64,000 nucleotides of DNA, taken from positions 2,567-66,566 of the forward strand of contig NZ_JAWOAN010000097.1 of the NCBI RefSeq assembly GCF_046498525.1. The letters run 5' to 3'. This document shows, one piece after another, positions 18,421-28,216 of this stretch. The stretch comes from Yoonia sp. GTDB taxonomy: Bacteria; Pseudomonadota; Alphaproteobacteria; Rhodobacterales; Rhodobacteraceae. A program made the translations under genes and the position numbers. Below the pieces are notes generated by a model. The model was not told the DNA's origin, made no database searches, and saw only the letters and a list, made by a program, of their open reading frames with translations. Positions within the stretch are counted from its first letter, which is position 1, and each line of letters begins with the position of its first letter.

Positions 18421-19656
18421 ATGTCTCGCCTCACTCTCACTCAAAAGCTCGCTATTCTCTCTGACGCGGCCCGCTATGATGCCTCGTGCGCGTCCAGTGG
18501 GACCACACGGCGTGATAGCCGCGATGGCAAGGGGTTAGGGTCGACCGGAGGGTCCGGAATTTGCCATGCCTATGCCCCTGACGGGCGCTGCATCAGCCTG
18601 CTGAAAATCCTGATGACGAATTTCTGCATCTATGACTGCGCCTATTGCGTCAACCGGGTGTCGTCGAATGTGCAGCGCGCACGGTTTTCGCCCGATGAGG
18701 TCGTGCAACTGACGATCGAGTTTTACCGCCGAAACTACATTGAGGGACTGTTTTTGTCTTCCGGCATCATCCAGTCGCCGGACAAAACCATGGAAGACAT
18801 GTTGCAAATCGCCAAGCGTCTGCGCGAGGTCGAGAATTTTCGCGGATATATCCACCTGAAAACCATCCCCGACGCAGCCCCTGAATTGATCGAGGAGGCA
18901 GGGCTTTATGCCGACCGTCTGTCGATCAATGTGGAATTGCCGACAGACAACAGCGTTAAGGCCTATGCCCCCGAAAAGAACCCCGCGACCATCCGCAAGG
19001 CCATGGGCGATGTAAAAGCCCGCAAGGATGTAGCGGACGAACGCAGCTATACAGGCAAGCGCGGCAAGCGTTTTGTTCCGGCGGGACAGTCCACACAGAT
19101 GATCATTGGCGCCGACAGGTCGAGCGATGCGACGATCCTTAGCCATTCCAGCCGGCTTTATGGGGATTACAAGCTCAAGCGGGTCTATTATTCAGCCTTT
19201 TCGCCGATCCCTGATGCCACCGCGACACTGCCCCTCATCAAGCCGCCATTGGCACGCGAACACAGGCTTTATCAGGCGGATTGGTTGTTGCGCTTTTATG
19301 GTTTTGGTGTGGACGAAATCACCGCCGCACGCCCCGACGGAAACCTTGATCTGGATGTCGATCCAAAGCTGGCGTGGGCTCTGCAAAACCGTGCAGATTT
19401 TCCGGTGGACGTGAACCGCGCCAGCAAGAACATGTTGTTACGCGTCCCGGGGTTCGGCACCCGCACGGTCGGGCGCATCCTGTCCACGCGCAGGCACCGC
19501 AGGCTGCGGTACGATGATCTGTTGCGGATGGGGGCGTCGCTGAAGAAAGCAAAGGCCTTTATCACCGCGCAGGATTGGTCACCGGGTGGCCTGACGGACA
19601 GCGCAGACCTGCGCGCGCGCTTCGCCCCGCCCCCTGAACAGTTGAGCCTTTTTTGA
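18421..19656 (+). CDS. Putative DNA modification/repair radical SAM protein (TIGR03916-like)
   Basis: N-terminus …AARYDASCASSG…, radical SAM cluster CIYDCAYC, and a C-terminal helix-hairpin-helix-like LLRVPGFGTRTVGRIL. Paired with a DUF4130 gene. Confidence 0.8.
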   Translation: MSRLTLTQKLAILSDAARYDASCASSGTTRRDSRDGKGLGSTGGSGICHAYAPDGRCISLLKILMTNFCIYDCAYCVNRVSSNVQRARFSPDEVVQLTIEFYRRNYIEGLFLSSGIIQSPDKTMEDMLQIAKRLREVENFRGYIHLKTIPDAAPELIEEAGLYADRLSINVELPTDNSVKAYAPEKNPATIRKAMGDVKARKDVADERSYTGKRGKRFVPAGQSTQMIIGADRSSDATILSHSSRLYGDYKLKRVYYSAFSPIPDATATLPLIKPPLAREHRLYQADWLLRFYGFGVDEITAARPDGNLDLDVDPKLAWALQNRADFPVDVNRASKNMLLRVPGFGTRTVGRILSTRRHRRLRYDDLLRMGASLKKAKAFITAQDWSPGGLTDSADLRARFAPPPEQLSLF

Positions 19657-20483
19657 TGTATACCGTTCCCCTGCCCCGCATCGGCACTGATATCGCGTGG
19701 CGCGACGCCGCCAAGCGCCTGATCAGCGCAGGCGTTTCCCCTGACGATATCCTTTGGGATTTCGATAACGAGATGGGCGAACTCTTTGCCACAGCCACAC
19801 CCTTGCCGCCCGTGACACGCCGGATCAAAGCGCCCCAAAGCTTTGTCGAAATGGCGCATTGGGTCGTTTGGCACAAAGACCCGCAACGCTTTGCAAGGCT
19901 TTACAGCCTGCTCTGGCGTCTGCGCCACCAACCCGGCCTGATGCAGGACCGCGCCGATCCCGAACTGGCTAAATTGCGCCAGATGGAAAAGGGCGTGCAT
20001 CGGTGCAAGCACAAGATGAAAGCCTTTGTCCGTTTTCGTGATCTGCGGCAGGGTGGCGACAGACGCAGCTTTGCCGCATGGTTTGAACCAACGCATCACA
20101 CGGTTGAACCCACCGCCCCCTTCTTTGCACGCCGCTTTGCCGATATGGACTGGATGATCGCGACCCCCGATGTGACCGCGCAGTTTGTTGATGGCAACCT
20201 GACGTTCCACCCCGGCCAGCCCAAACCGGACCTGCCCGAGGACGCGGCAGAGGCGCTTTGGGGCACTTATTTCTGCAATATCTTCAACCCTGCGCGGCTG
20301 AAGGTCAGTGCGATGACATCCGAGATGCCCAAGAAATACTGGAAGAACCTGCCTGAGGCGCAGCATATTCACGGGCTGATCGCGGGGGCCGAAGCCAAAA
20401 TACAGCAGATGAGGGATAATGCACCCACCATGCCGCCAGAACGCATGAAGGCTATCCAGAAGCAACTGCGCGGGAAGCGCTGA
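19656..20483 (+). CDS. DUF4130 / TIGR03915-like probable DNA metabolism protein (short form, no UDG-like domain)
   Basis: TGATG overlap with the radical SAM gene. …KMKAFVRFR…AWFEPTHHTVEPTAPFFARRFADMDWMIATPD…LWGTYFCNIFNPARL… is the pattern I associate with DUF4130. Confidence 0.7.
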   Translation: MYTVPLPRIGTDIAWRDAAKRLISAGVSPDDILWDFDNEMGELFATATPLPPVTRRIKAPQSFVEMAHWVVWHKDPQRFARLYSLLWRLRHQPGLMQDRADPELAKLRQMEKGVHRCKHKMKAFVRFRDLRQGGDRRSFAAWFEPTHHTVEPTAPFFARRFADMDWMIATPDVTAQFVDGNLTFHPGQPKPDLPEDAAEALWGTYFCNIFNPARLKVSAMTSEMPKKYWKNLPEAQHIHGLIAGAEAKIQQMRDNAPTMPPERMKAIQKQLRGKR

Positions 20484-20513
20484 CAAGTCGGCTTTCTTGC
20501 GCGCCTTGCGCCC

Positions 20514-21611
20514 TTAGGTGTTGAACAAAAAGTGCATCACATCGCCGTCTTTGACGATGTAACCCTTGCCTTCCGCCCGCATCTTGCCTGCTTCCTTGGC
20601 TGGCTGTTCGCCGCCAAGCGTGATGAAATCATCATAAGCGATGGTCTCAGCACGAATGAAGCCGCGCTCAAAATCGCCATGGATCACACCGGCAGCCTGC
20701 GGCGCTGATGTGCCTTCCTTGATGGTCCATGCACGCGCCTCTTTTGGGCCTACGGTGAAATAGGTCTGCAGGTGGAGCAATTCGTAGCCTGCACGGATCA
20801 ACCGGTCGAGGCCTGCTTCTTCCAGACCCATTTCTTCAAGAAACATTTCAGCCTCATCCGGTTCCAACTGGCTGATTTCTTCTTCGATCCGAGCAGAGAT
20901 CACGACGTGGGAGTTGCCTTGCGCCGCGGCCATTTCGGCCACCCGCGCAGATTGGCTGTTGCCTGAACCGGCACTGTCTTCTTCGACATTGCAGACATAG
21001 AGAACCGGCTTGGTGGTCAGCAGTTGCAGCAGCCTCCATGCTTTTGCGTCGTCCGCATCCACATCGACAGTGCGCGCTGGCTTACCTTCTTCCAATGCCA
21101 CCTGCGCCTTTTCAAGAAGGCGCACCTGCTGCACAGCCTCCTTGTCGCCGCCACGAACCTTGCGCGTCAGGTTTTGCAGGCGTTTCTCTATGCTCTCAAG
21201 ATCGGCGAGCATAAGTTCGGTTTCGATCACTTCTGCGTCTTCCACCGGATCAACACGGCCCTCGACATGGGTGATGTCATCATCTTCAAAGCAGCGCAGG
21301 ACATGGGCGATAGCATCACATTCACGGATATTGGCCAGAAACTGGTTGCCCAGCCCTTCGCCCTTGCTGGCACCCTTCACCAGCCCTGCGATATCGACGA
21401 ATGTCATCCGCGTCGGAATAATCTGCTTGGAGCCCGCAATCGCCGCAAGTTTTTCAAGACGCGCATCAGGGACAGCCACATCGCCGACATTGGGTTCAAT
21501 CGTACAGAACGGGAAATTCGCCGCCTGTGCCGCTGCCGTCTTGGTCAATGCGTTAAACAAGGTGGATTTGCCGACATTCGGCAAACCCACAATACCCATC
21601 TTGAAACCCAT
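20514..21611 (-). CDS. ychF: Redox-regulated ribosome-binding ATPase YchF
   Basis: [23 protein letters not shown]…, with a C-terminus …[24 protein letters not shown] lies before the ATG at 21611. Confidence 0.95.
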   Translation of the reverse strand: MGFKMGIVGLPNVGKSTLFNALTKTAAAQAANFPFCTIEPNVGDVAVPDARLEKLAAIAGSKQIIPTRMTFVDIAGLVKGASKGEGLGNQFLANIRECDAIAHVLRCFEDDDITHVEGRVDPVEDAEVIETELMLADLESIEKRLQNLTRKVRGGDKEAVQQVRLLEKAQVALEEGKPARTVDVDADDAKAWRLLQLLTTKPVLYVCNVEEDSAGSGNSQSARVAEMAAAQGNSHVVISARIEEEISQLEPDEAEMFLEEMGLEEAGLDRLIRAGYELLHLQTYFTVGPKEARAWTIKEGTSAPQAAGVIHGDFERGFIRAETIAYDDFITLGGEQPAKEAGKMRAEGKGYIVKDGDVMHFLFNT

Positions 21612-21750
21612 CACGGCTCTCCTTTGTTCCTTTTCGCGCTTCTAGGGGGCGATGGCCAACTGCGCAAGCAGCTTGGGCAAACGCACTCTGCCATTGATTT
21701 TCCCTGTGCCTTCAAGCAAACCGAACTAAGTGTGCAGACCGGGGACAGAA

Positions 21751-22542
21751 ATGAGCAGAATCGACGCAAAATTCGCGCAGTTGCGCGAGCAGGGCAAAAA
21801 AGCATTTGTGGCCTATGTCATGGCAGGCGATCCCGACTATGAAACCGGGCTTGAGATTGTCAAAGGCCTGCCCGCTGCCGGTGTCGATGTCATTGAACTG
21901 GGCGTCCCCTTCACAGACCCTATGGCCGACGGCGCGACCATTCAATTGGCGGGTCAGCGCGCCCTTGAATCCGGACAAACCCTGGAAAAAACGCTGCAAT
22001 ACGCACGGGAATTACGCAAGACGGACGATACCACACCGATTGTCTTGATGGGGTACTATAACCCGATCTATTCGCGCGGTGTCGACAGGTTCCTCAATGA
22101 CGCCACGGCCGCTGGCGTTGACGGGTTGATCATTGTCGACCTGCCACCTGAAGAAGACGACGAGCTTTGTATTCCGGCCCAGAAGATGGGCATCAACTTT
22201 ATCCGGCTGGCGACCCCGACAACAGATGCCAAGCGCCTGCCGACGGTTCTGCAGAACACCTCCGGCTTTGTCTATTATGTTTCCATGACAGGTATCACAG
22301 GCACCGCTGACGCGCAGGCCGGCGATGTGGGCCCCGAAGTCGCGCGGATCAAATCCAAGACTGACCTGCCTGTCATCGTTGGTTTTGGCATCAAGACACC
22401 CGATGCGGCCGAGGCGATTGCGCGCGTGGCTGATGGTGCCGTGGTCGGCTCTGCAATCGTCGAAAAGATCGGTGCAGGCGAAAGCGTGGATGATGTTCTG
22501 GCCTTTGTGAAGACTTTGGCAGACGGAACACACCAAGGCTAA
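21751..22542 (+). CDS. trpA: Tryptophan synthase alpha chain
   Basis: [29 protein letters not shown]…[22 protein letters not shown]…[10 protein letters not shown]…. Confidence 0.95.
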   Translation: MSRIDAKFAQLREQGKKAFVAYVMAGDPDYETGLEIVKGLPAAGVDVIELGVPFTDPMADGATIQLAGQRALESGQTLEKTLQYARELRKTDDTTPIVLMGYYNPIYSRGVDRFLNDATAAGVDGLIIVDLPPEEDDELCIPAQKMGINFIRLATPTTDAKRLPTVLQNTSGFVYYVSMTGITGTADAQAGDVGPEVARIKSKTDLPVIVGFGIKTPDAAEAIARVADGAVVGSAIVEKIGAGESVDDVLAFVKTLADGTHQG

Positions 22543-22636
22543 TCGGTGCTTCTTACGTTTTGATCCACATCAACGCAGGTACTTGCGTAAGCCCTTTAAA
22601 TCGGTAACAAATAATGACCAATTCAAGGATTTCGTT

Positions 22637-23800
22637 ATGCCCGTCATCACAACGATCGCTGACCTCAAGCGGCTTCATAAACGTCGGACGCCCAAGATGT
22701 TTTATGACTACGCTGAAAGCGGCAGTTGGACCGAACAGACGTTCCGCGAGAACACGTCTGATTTTGACCAGATCCGTCTGCGACAGCGTATCGCAGTCGA
22801 TATGACGAACCGCACCACCGCAAGCCAGATGATCGGGCAGGACGTGTCGATGCCTGTCGCACTTGCCCCTGTCGGCATGACCGGCATGCAATGCGCCGAT
22901 GGCGAAATCAAAGCAGCGCGTGCTGCCGAAAAGTTCGGCGTGCCGTTTACCCTGTCTACCATGTCGATCTGCTCAATCGAAGACGTGGCCGAGAACACAA
23001 CAAAACCGTTCTGGTTTCAGGTCTATACGCTGAAAGATGATGACTTCATGCAGCGCCTGTTTGACCGCGCGCGTGATGCGGGCTGTTCGGCGATGGTGAT
23101 CACGCTTGATCTGCAGATCATGGGGCAGCGTCACAAGGATCTCAAGAACGGCCTGTCGGCACCACCCAAACTGACAGTCTCCAGCATGGCGGATTTGGCG
23201 ACGAAATGGCCTTGGGGCATTGAAATGCTGCAAACCAAGCGGCGTTTTTTCGGCAATATCGTGGGCCATGCCAAGGGCGTGTCCGATCCTTCGTCCCTGT
23301 CTTCGTGGATCGCCGAGGCCTTTGACCATGCGCTGGACTGGGATCGTGTCGCGCAACTGATGCAAATGTGGGGCGGCAAGGTGATCCTGAAAGGTATCCT
23401 GGACGCCGATGATGCCAAAAAAGCCGCAGAACTGGGCACCGATGCGATTATTGTGTCCAACCACGGCGGGCGACAACTGGATGGCGCATTATCGTCGATC
23501 CGCGCATTGCCAGCGATCATGGATGCTGTCGGCGACAAGGTGGAAGTCCACCTTGATAGCGGCATCCGGTCCGGTCAGGACGTGCTCAAGGCTCTCGCGA
23601 TGGGGGCAAAGGGCACATACATCGGGCGCGCCTTTGTAAATGGTCTGGGTGCGATGGGCGAAAAAGGCGTGACCACTGCGCTGGAGGTGATCCACAAGGA
23701 ACTGGATACGACAATGGCGCTTTGCGGGCGGCGGGACGTCAAGACCTTGGACCGGGATATTCTGCTGGTTCCCGAAGATTTCGAAGGGCGCTGGAGCTGA
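22637..23800 (+). CDS. lldD: FMN-dependent alpha-hydroxy acid dehydrogenase (L-lactate dehydrogenase-like)
   Basis: …DLKRLHKRRTPKMFYDYAESGSWTEQT…, …IIVSNHGGRQLDGA…, …DSGIRSGQDVLKALAMGA…. AAGGA lies before the ATG at 22637. Confidence 0.85.
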   Translation: MPVITTIADLKRLHKRRTPKMFYDYAESGSWTEQTFRENTSDFDQIRLRQRIAVDMTNRTTASQMIGQDVSMPVALAPVGMTGMQCADGEIKAARAAEKFGVPFTLSTMSICSIEDVAENTTKPFWFQVYTLKDDDFMQRLFDRARDAGCSAMVITLDLQIMGQRHKDLKNGLSAPPKLTVSSMADLATKWPWGIEMLQTKRRFFGNIVGHAKGVSDPSSLSSWIAEAFDHALDWDRVAQLMQMWGGKVILKGILDADDAKKAAELGTDAIIVSNHGGRQLDGALSSIRALPAIMDAVGDKVEVHLDSGIRSGQDVLKALAMGAKGTYIGRAFVNGLGAMGEKGVTTALEVIHKELDTTMALCGRRDVKTLDRDILLVPEDFEGRWS

Positions 23801-23976
23801 TCAATCATTCTCCGGCTCACAAACCAAACTTTTTTCTAAAAATTACTTCTTTTTGTTAGCGCCGCATACATCTGCCCAACTGTTGCCTTTTTCTTAATCT
23901 TTAGGACGCCTCACCGCTGGTGCGTGGCTTGGGGGCATCCCGCGCGCGCCTATAGTAACAATGTAACGAGGAGCAT

Positions 23977-24288
23977 ATGATGCCTATCAAAACCACCGCT
24001 ATCGCCGCCGTACTGGCGCTCACCGCCACTACAGCTTTCGCTGGCGGGCTTTCCCCTGCCATCACCGAGACACCCTTGGTCGAAGACGAAATCGTTGCTG
24101 CTACACCATCCATCGACCCTGCATATATCGTGGTCGGTGTTGTGGCCGCACTGCTGATCGCAGCCTCGGTTGGTAACGACAACAGCGACACACTCACGCC
24201 AATTGCGCTAAATGAGGAACCTGAGTCAACGTCAGACAATAGAGTAGTTCGTATCAGCGGGCGAGTAAGCCAAGTGATCACAGAATAA
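23977..24288 (+). CDS. Small signal-peptide + single-TM protein, paralog 1
   Basis: MMPIKTTAIAAVLALTATTAFA|GGLSP…PAYIVVGVVAALLIAASVGND…. Shares 48/70 identical N-terminal residues with the next ORF by hand alignment. Confidence 0.6.
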   Translation: MMPIKTTAIAAVLALTATTAFAGGLSPAITETPLVEDEIVAATPSIDPAYIVVGVVAALLIAASVGNDNSDTLTPIALNEEPESTSDNRVVRISGRVSQVITE

Positions 24289-24461
24289 TCGCCTTCGCTT
24301 GAATCAGGCTGATGAGCCAAAGCAATGAACGTGAAGTGATCGACCTTTCGGAACCTGCTGCCTTGACGGTGACGTGTATTTCAGATTGAAATACCTTCCA
24401 CAGTGGGAAGTCCGAAAGGTTTCAACCCAGTTAAAACAGTAAATGAGTAAGGACCCTGAAT

Positions 24462-24746
24462 ATGTCCATGAAAACAACAATTTATGCAGCAGCAATTGCA
24501 CTGTCTGCCAATACAGCCTTTGCGGGCGGCCTTTCTCCCGTAATCGTGGAAGCCCCCGCCATGGAGCAAGAACTGGTCGCCGCCAATCCGTCGATCAACC
24601 CCGCATACATCGTAGTCGGTATCGTGGCCGCGCTGTTGATTGTATCGACCGTAGGGAATGATAGCTCTGATGAGCCTGACTCAACCGGTTCGACAGACGA
24701 CTGTGCCATTTCTCAGGACAACTACGCTGTTTCTCTTTGTCCCTGA
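24462..24746 (+). CDS. Small signal-peptide + single-TM protein, paralog 2
   Basis: MSMKTTIYAAAIALSANTAFA|GGLSP…PAYIVVGIVAALLIVSTVGND…. Tandem duplicate of 23977-24288 with a divergent C-terminal tail. Confidence 0.6.
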   Translation: MSMKTTIYAAAIALSANTAFAGGLSPVIVEAPAMEQELVAANPSINPAYIVVGIVAALLIVSTVGNDSSDEPDSTGSTDDCAISQDNYAVSLCP

Positions 24747-24871
24747 TGAAGGATCTTATTACATGGCTTCGCCAATCACGCCTAAGCGCTATATCAAGGG
24801 GCGGCATCGGAATGGATGTCGCCCCCAGCGTTACTGAACCAGACTGCGCCTTGCCCCCCAAGCGCAGCCTG

Positions 24872-26011
24872 TCAGCCCCGCGACTGCTTTTTAGCAGCCA
24901 ACGCCAAAGGCACCGTGCCCAGCAGCAAGAGCGCAACCGCCAAGAACGCAAAGCGTAGTCCAAAGGCCTCTGACAGCAGGCCCATCACCATCGGCGCAAA
25001 GAAGAATCCCGAAAATCCGATCACGGCCGTGCGGCTGATTGCTTCGGTCCGTAAATGCGGCGCCACCAGCTTGCCGACCAGCGCCAGTCCGATGGGGCCG
25101 ATGACAGATACACCTAGTCCCAAGATCCCGAAACCAACGTAAGCCACGAGTGGCGTCGGGGCCAGTGCGGCAATCACCGCCCCAAGTGCCGAAATGACAC
25201 TAGCCCCTATCACAAAAGGGATTTCCCGCAATCGCTCGGCTACAACCTGCCCAGAAAACCTGCCAATAGCCATCGTGATACCCAGCATCGCAGGACCCAG
25301 CGCCCCTTCAGCCGCACTGCCGCCCAGTGTGCGTTCGACATGCAAAGCTGACCATGCTTCGACCGTGGCCTCGGACATGAAAGCCACGAGGACAATCGCG
25401 CCGCAGATCACAATAGGCCAAAGCGGATAGCCCCCAGAATAACCTTCTTCGGCTTCGACATAGGTGACGTCCATCTTCATGAGAGGCAGCATCAGCAAAG
25501 CGATCACGCCAAAGCCTGCAAACACTGGGCCCGGTGGCAATCCGGCTTCACGCGTGATGCCAACAAGCAATGCGCCACAGGCATATGCCACCGAAAACAT
25601 CGCATGATTGGCGTTCATCAAGGGGCGGTTGTGTTTTGCTTCGAGTTCACTAACCCGCGCGTTCATGACCACATCGAGCAGACCGGACGCCAGTCCGACA
25701 AAACCCATCGCCAGCGCAAAGACAATCGGAACCGTAATCAACCCCGGCAGCAACCATGCGGCCGCAAGCAGAATCGCACTCACTTGCATTGCCCGCGCGC
25801 CCAAGATCCGGTCTGCACGTGGTGCCAACCACATCGCAGACACCAGACCTGTCGCAGACCCCAAAAGCAAAGTGCCGAAAAGCGCATCAGACGCCCCTAA
25901 TTGTGCTTTGATCACCGGAACATAGGCTGCAAAACAGCCCCAAAACATACCGACCACAACAAAAGCAGTGGCCGGGCGTCGGGACAGGGAAAGGGCGTTC
26001 AGAATGGACAT
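24872..26011 (-). CDS. MFS transporter
   Basis: About 12 TM helices. Start set at MSILNALSLSRRP (26011). Substrate not recognisable. Confidence 0.75.
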   Translation of the reverse strand: MSILNALSLSRRPATAFVVVGMFWGCFAAYVPVIKAQLGASDALFGTLLLGSATGLVSAMWLAPRADRILGARAMQVSAILLAAAWLLPGLITVPIVFALAMGFVGLASGLLDVVMNARVSELEAKHNRPLMNANHAMFSVAYACGALLVGITREAGLPPGPVFAGFGVIALLMLPLMKMDVTYVEAEEGYSGGYPLWPIVICGAIVLVAFMSEATVEAWSALHVERTLGGSAAEGALGPAMLGITMAIGRFSGQVVAERLREIPFVIGASVISALGAVIAALAPTPLVAYVGFGILGLGVSVIGPIGLALVGKLVAPHLRTEAISRTAVIGFSGFFFAPMVMGLLSEAFGLRFAFLAVALLLLGTVPLALAAKKQSRG

Positions 26012-26169
26012 GAGCGCATCCCTGCCTTGCGCCGGAAACCAATGCAAGTTTCAAAGTTGTCTTACCGTGTAAAAACGACTTTCCAAATCCGTCAATCCCC
26101 CCTATACGGCTGTCTTCATCGGGCTCGGACACCCTTGGAGGCGGGCCCCTACATTATTGGAGAATTCCT

Positions 26170-26823
26170 ATGGCTGCTAAGGTCCAAGATCTTAACGCCA
26201 CGGTACGCGCGGGGACAGGCAAGGGGGCCGCCCGCCAAGCTCGCCGTCAAGGCGACGTACCTGGCATTGTTTATGGTGGCGGTATTGACCCGCAATCCAT
26301 CAGCATCCCTTTCAACTACCTTCTGACAAAACTGCGCAAGGGTGGCTTTATGTCCACGCTGCACAACCTCAAGATCGAGGGGCAAGACGATGTGCGCGTC
26401 ATCTGCCGCGGTATCCAGCGCGACGTGGTCAAGGACCTGCCGACACATATCGACCTGATGCGCCTCAAGCGTACCAGCCGTGTGAAAATCTTTATCCCTG
26501 TTGAGTTTCTCAACATGGATACATGCCCCGGCGTGAAAAAAGGCGGCGTTCTGACCGTTGTGCGCAACGAAGTCGAGCTTGACGTTCTGGCCGGCGACAT
26601 CCCCGAGCACATCGAGATTGATCTGGCCGAAGTTCAAATCGGCGATACCATTTCGATCAGCGATGTCACGCTGCCCGAAGGCGCGACACCTGCGATTACC
26701 GACCGTGATTTTGTCATCGCCAACGTGCAGGCACCTCGTGCCCTGCTGGCCGAGGATGACGACACTGAAGAAGTCGCCGCAGACGAAGTTCCAACGACTG
26801 ACGACGAGGCTGCAGAAGACTAA
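26170..26823 (+). CDS. rplY: 50S ribosomal protein L25 / general stress protein Ctc
   Basis: …[31 protein letters not shown]…, with an acidic C-terminal tail. Followed by pth. Confidence 0.9.
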   Translation: MAAKVQDLNATVRAGTGKGAARQARRQGDVPGIVYGGGIDPQSISIPFNYLLTKLRKGGFMSTLHNLKIEGQDDVRVICRGIQRDVVKDLPTHIDLMRLKRTSRVKIFIPVEFLNMDTCPGVKKGGVLTVVRNEVELDVLAGDIPEHIEIDLAEVQIGDTISISDVTLPEGATPAITDRDFVIANVQAPRALLAEDDDTEEVAADEVPTTDDEAAED

Positions 26824-26850
26824 AGCGCCACGTTACGTCGTTTCGATCAA

Positions 26851-26885
26851 GAAGGGCATTCCGTTCGGGATGCCCTTTTCTTTTG
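26851..26885 (+). terminator. Rho-independent terminator after rplY
   Basis: GAAGGGCATTCCGTTCGGGATGCCCTTTTCTTTTG is a GC-rich hairpin followed by a T-tract. Confidence 0.6.
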
Positions 26886-26975
26886 TCAAACAATTCAGGT
26901 GAGCGCAGGCGCCACCCACCTGCCCCGAACAAACGCGCTCTGGCGCTGCAATACGGCATAAGGTAAGTTGTGGTT

Positions 26976-27650
26976 ATGAAATTACTTGTCGGCCTTGGAA
27001 ATCCTGGCGCGAAATACGCGCATAACCGCCATAACATCGGCTTCATGGCGGCAGACCGGATCGCGGCGGACCATGGGTTCAGCAGTTGGCGGTCAAAGTT
27101 CCAAGGGCAAACCTGCGAGGGCCGCCTCGGGTCGAAACGGGTGACGCTTCTCAAACCTGAAACCTTCATGAATCTTTCCGGCCAGTCCGTAGGAGAGGCG
27201 ATGCGCTATCTCAAGCTCTCTCCGGAAGACGTAATCGTGTTCCATGACGAGATTGATCTGGCACCCGGCAAAGTCCGGCTCAAGACAGGCGGCGGTCATG
27301 CGGGGCACAATGGCTTGCGGTCGATACACGGACATATCGGACCAGATTATGAACGGGTCCGCATGGGTGTCGGGCATCCGGGCCATAAAGATGCTGTCCC
27401 GGGATATGTCTTGCGCGATTTTCCCAAAGCAGATGCGGAATGGCTCGATGATGAATTGCGCGGCATCAGTGACGGCATCGCCGATCTGGTCGCGGGCGAT
27501 GGTGCCAAGTTCCTCAACGCGATCGCCTTGCGTGTGGCTCCGCCGCGCTCGTCCAAATCAGCAAAAAAGCCAAAGGTGCCCGACCCTGCACCCGAACCGG
27601 CCCCCGACACACGCTCGGCAATGCAAAAGCTGGTCGATAGATTTCGTTGA
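26976..27650 (+). CDS. pth: Peptidyl-tRNA hydrolase
   Basis: MKLLVGLGNPGAKYAHNRHNIGFMA…GGGHAGHNGLRSI…. Confidence 0.95.
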   Translation: MKLLVGLGNPGAKYAHNRHNIGFMAADRIAADHGFSSWRSKFQGQTCEGRLGSKRVTLLKPETFMNLSGQSVGEAMRYLKLSPEDVIVFHDEIDLAPGKVRLKTGGGHAGHNGLRSIHGHIGPDYERVRMGVGHPGHKDAVPGYVLRDFPKADAEWLDDELRGISDGIADLVAGDGAKFLNAIALRVAPPRSSKSAKKPKVPDPAPEPAPDTRSAMQKLVDRFR

Positions 27651-27790
27651 ACAGCACACTTAACGCGGCTTGGACCCGGTGATCTGAACGAAAGCTCTGA
27701 CAATGCCGTTTGCCGCAGTCACGGTGCCAACCGAAATAGGGCGTTGAAATTTGAACCCGGAAAAACTTCAACCGTGGCAAATCGATATCG

Positions 27791-27807
27791 TTGACCTAAT
27801 TAGTCAA
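27791..27807. promoter_or_regulatory. Inverted repeat TTGAC-N7-GTCAA (candidate operator)
   Basis: TTGACCTAATTAGTCAA lies 26 nt upstream of the DUF2237 start. The CGATATCG palindrome is immediately upstream (27783-27790). Confidence 0.25.
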
Positions 27808-27832
27808 TCAAAGACAGAAAGGCATAGGCACC

Positions 27833-28216
27833 ATGGAAAAAGACCCTTCCTTCAACGTTCTCGGAAGCGCCTTGGCACCCTGCTCCATTGATCCCATGAC
27901 CGGATTTTTCCGAAATGGGGCATGTGATACCTGCGCGGCTGATCAAGGGAGCCACACGGTATGCGCGGTCATGACGGATGAATTCCTCGCCTTTTCAAAA
28001 TACGTCGGTAATGACCTCAGCACACCGCGGCCTGAATATGGTTTTCCCGGGCTGAAGGCCGGCGACGGCTGGTGCCTTTGCGCCAGCCGGTTTTTGCAGG
28101 CTCACGAAGAAGGGTGCGCGCCGCAGGTCAACCTGCATGCCACCCACGTGCGGGCACTCGAGATTGTTTCGATCGACATCCTGCGCACCCATGCGGCGCA
28201 TGACCCCGAAAACTGA
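27833..28216 (+). CDS. DUF2237 family protein
   Basis: …NVLGSALAPCSIDPMTGFFRNGACDT…GSHTVCAVMTDEFLAFS…GDGWCLCASRF… follows the conserved Cys pattern of DUF2237. Confidence 0.75.
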   Translation: MEKDPSFNVLGSALAPCSIDPMTGFFRNGACDTCAADQGSHTVCAVMTDEFLAFSKYVGNDLSTPRPEYGFPGLKAGDGWCLCASRFLQAHEEGCAPQVNLHATHVRALEIVSIDILRTHAAHDPEN

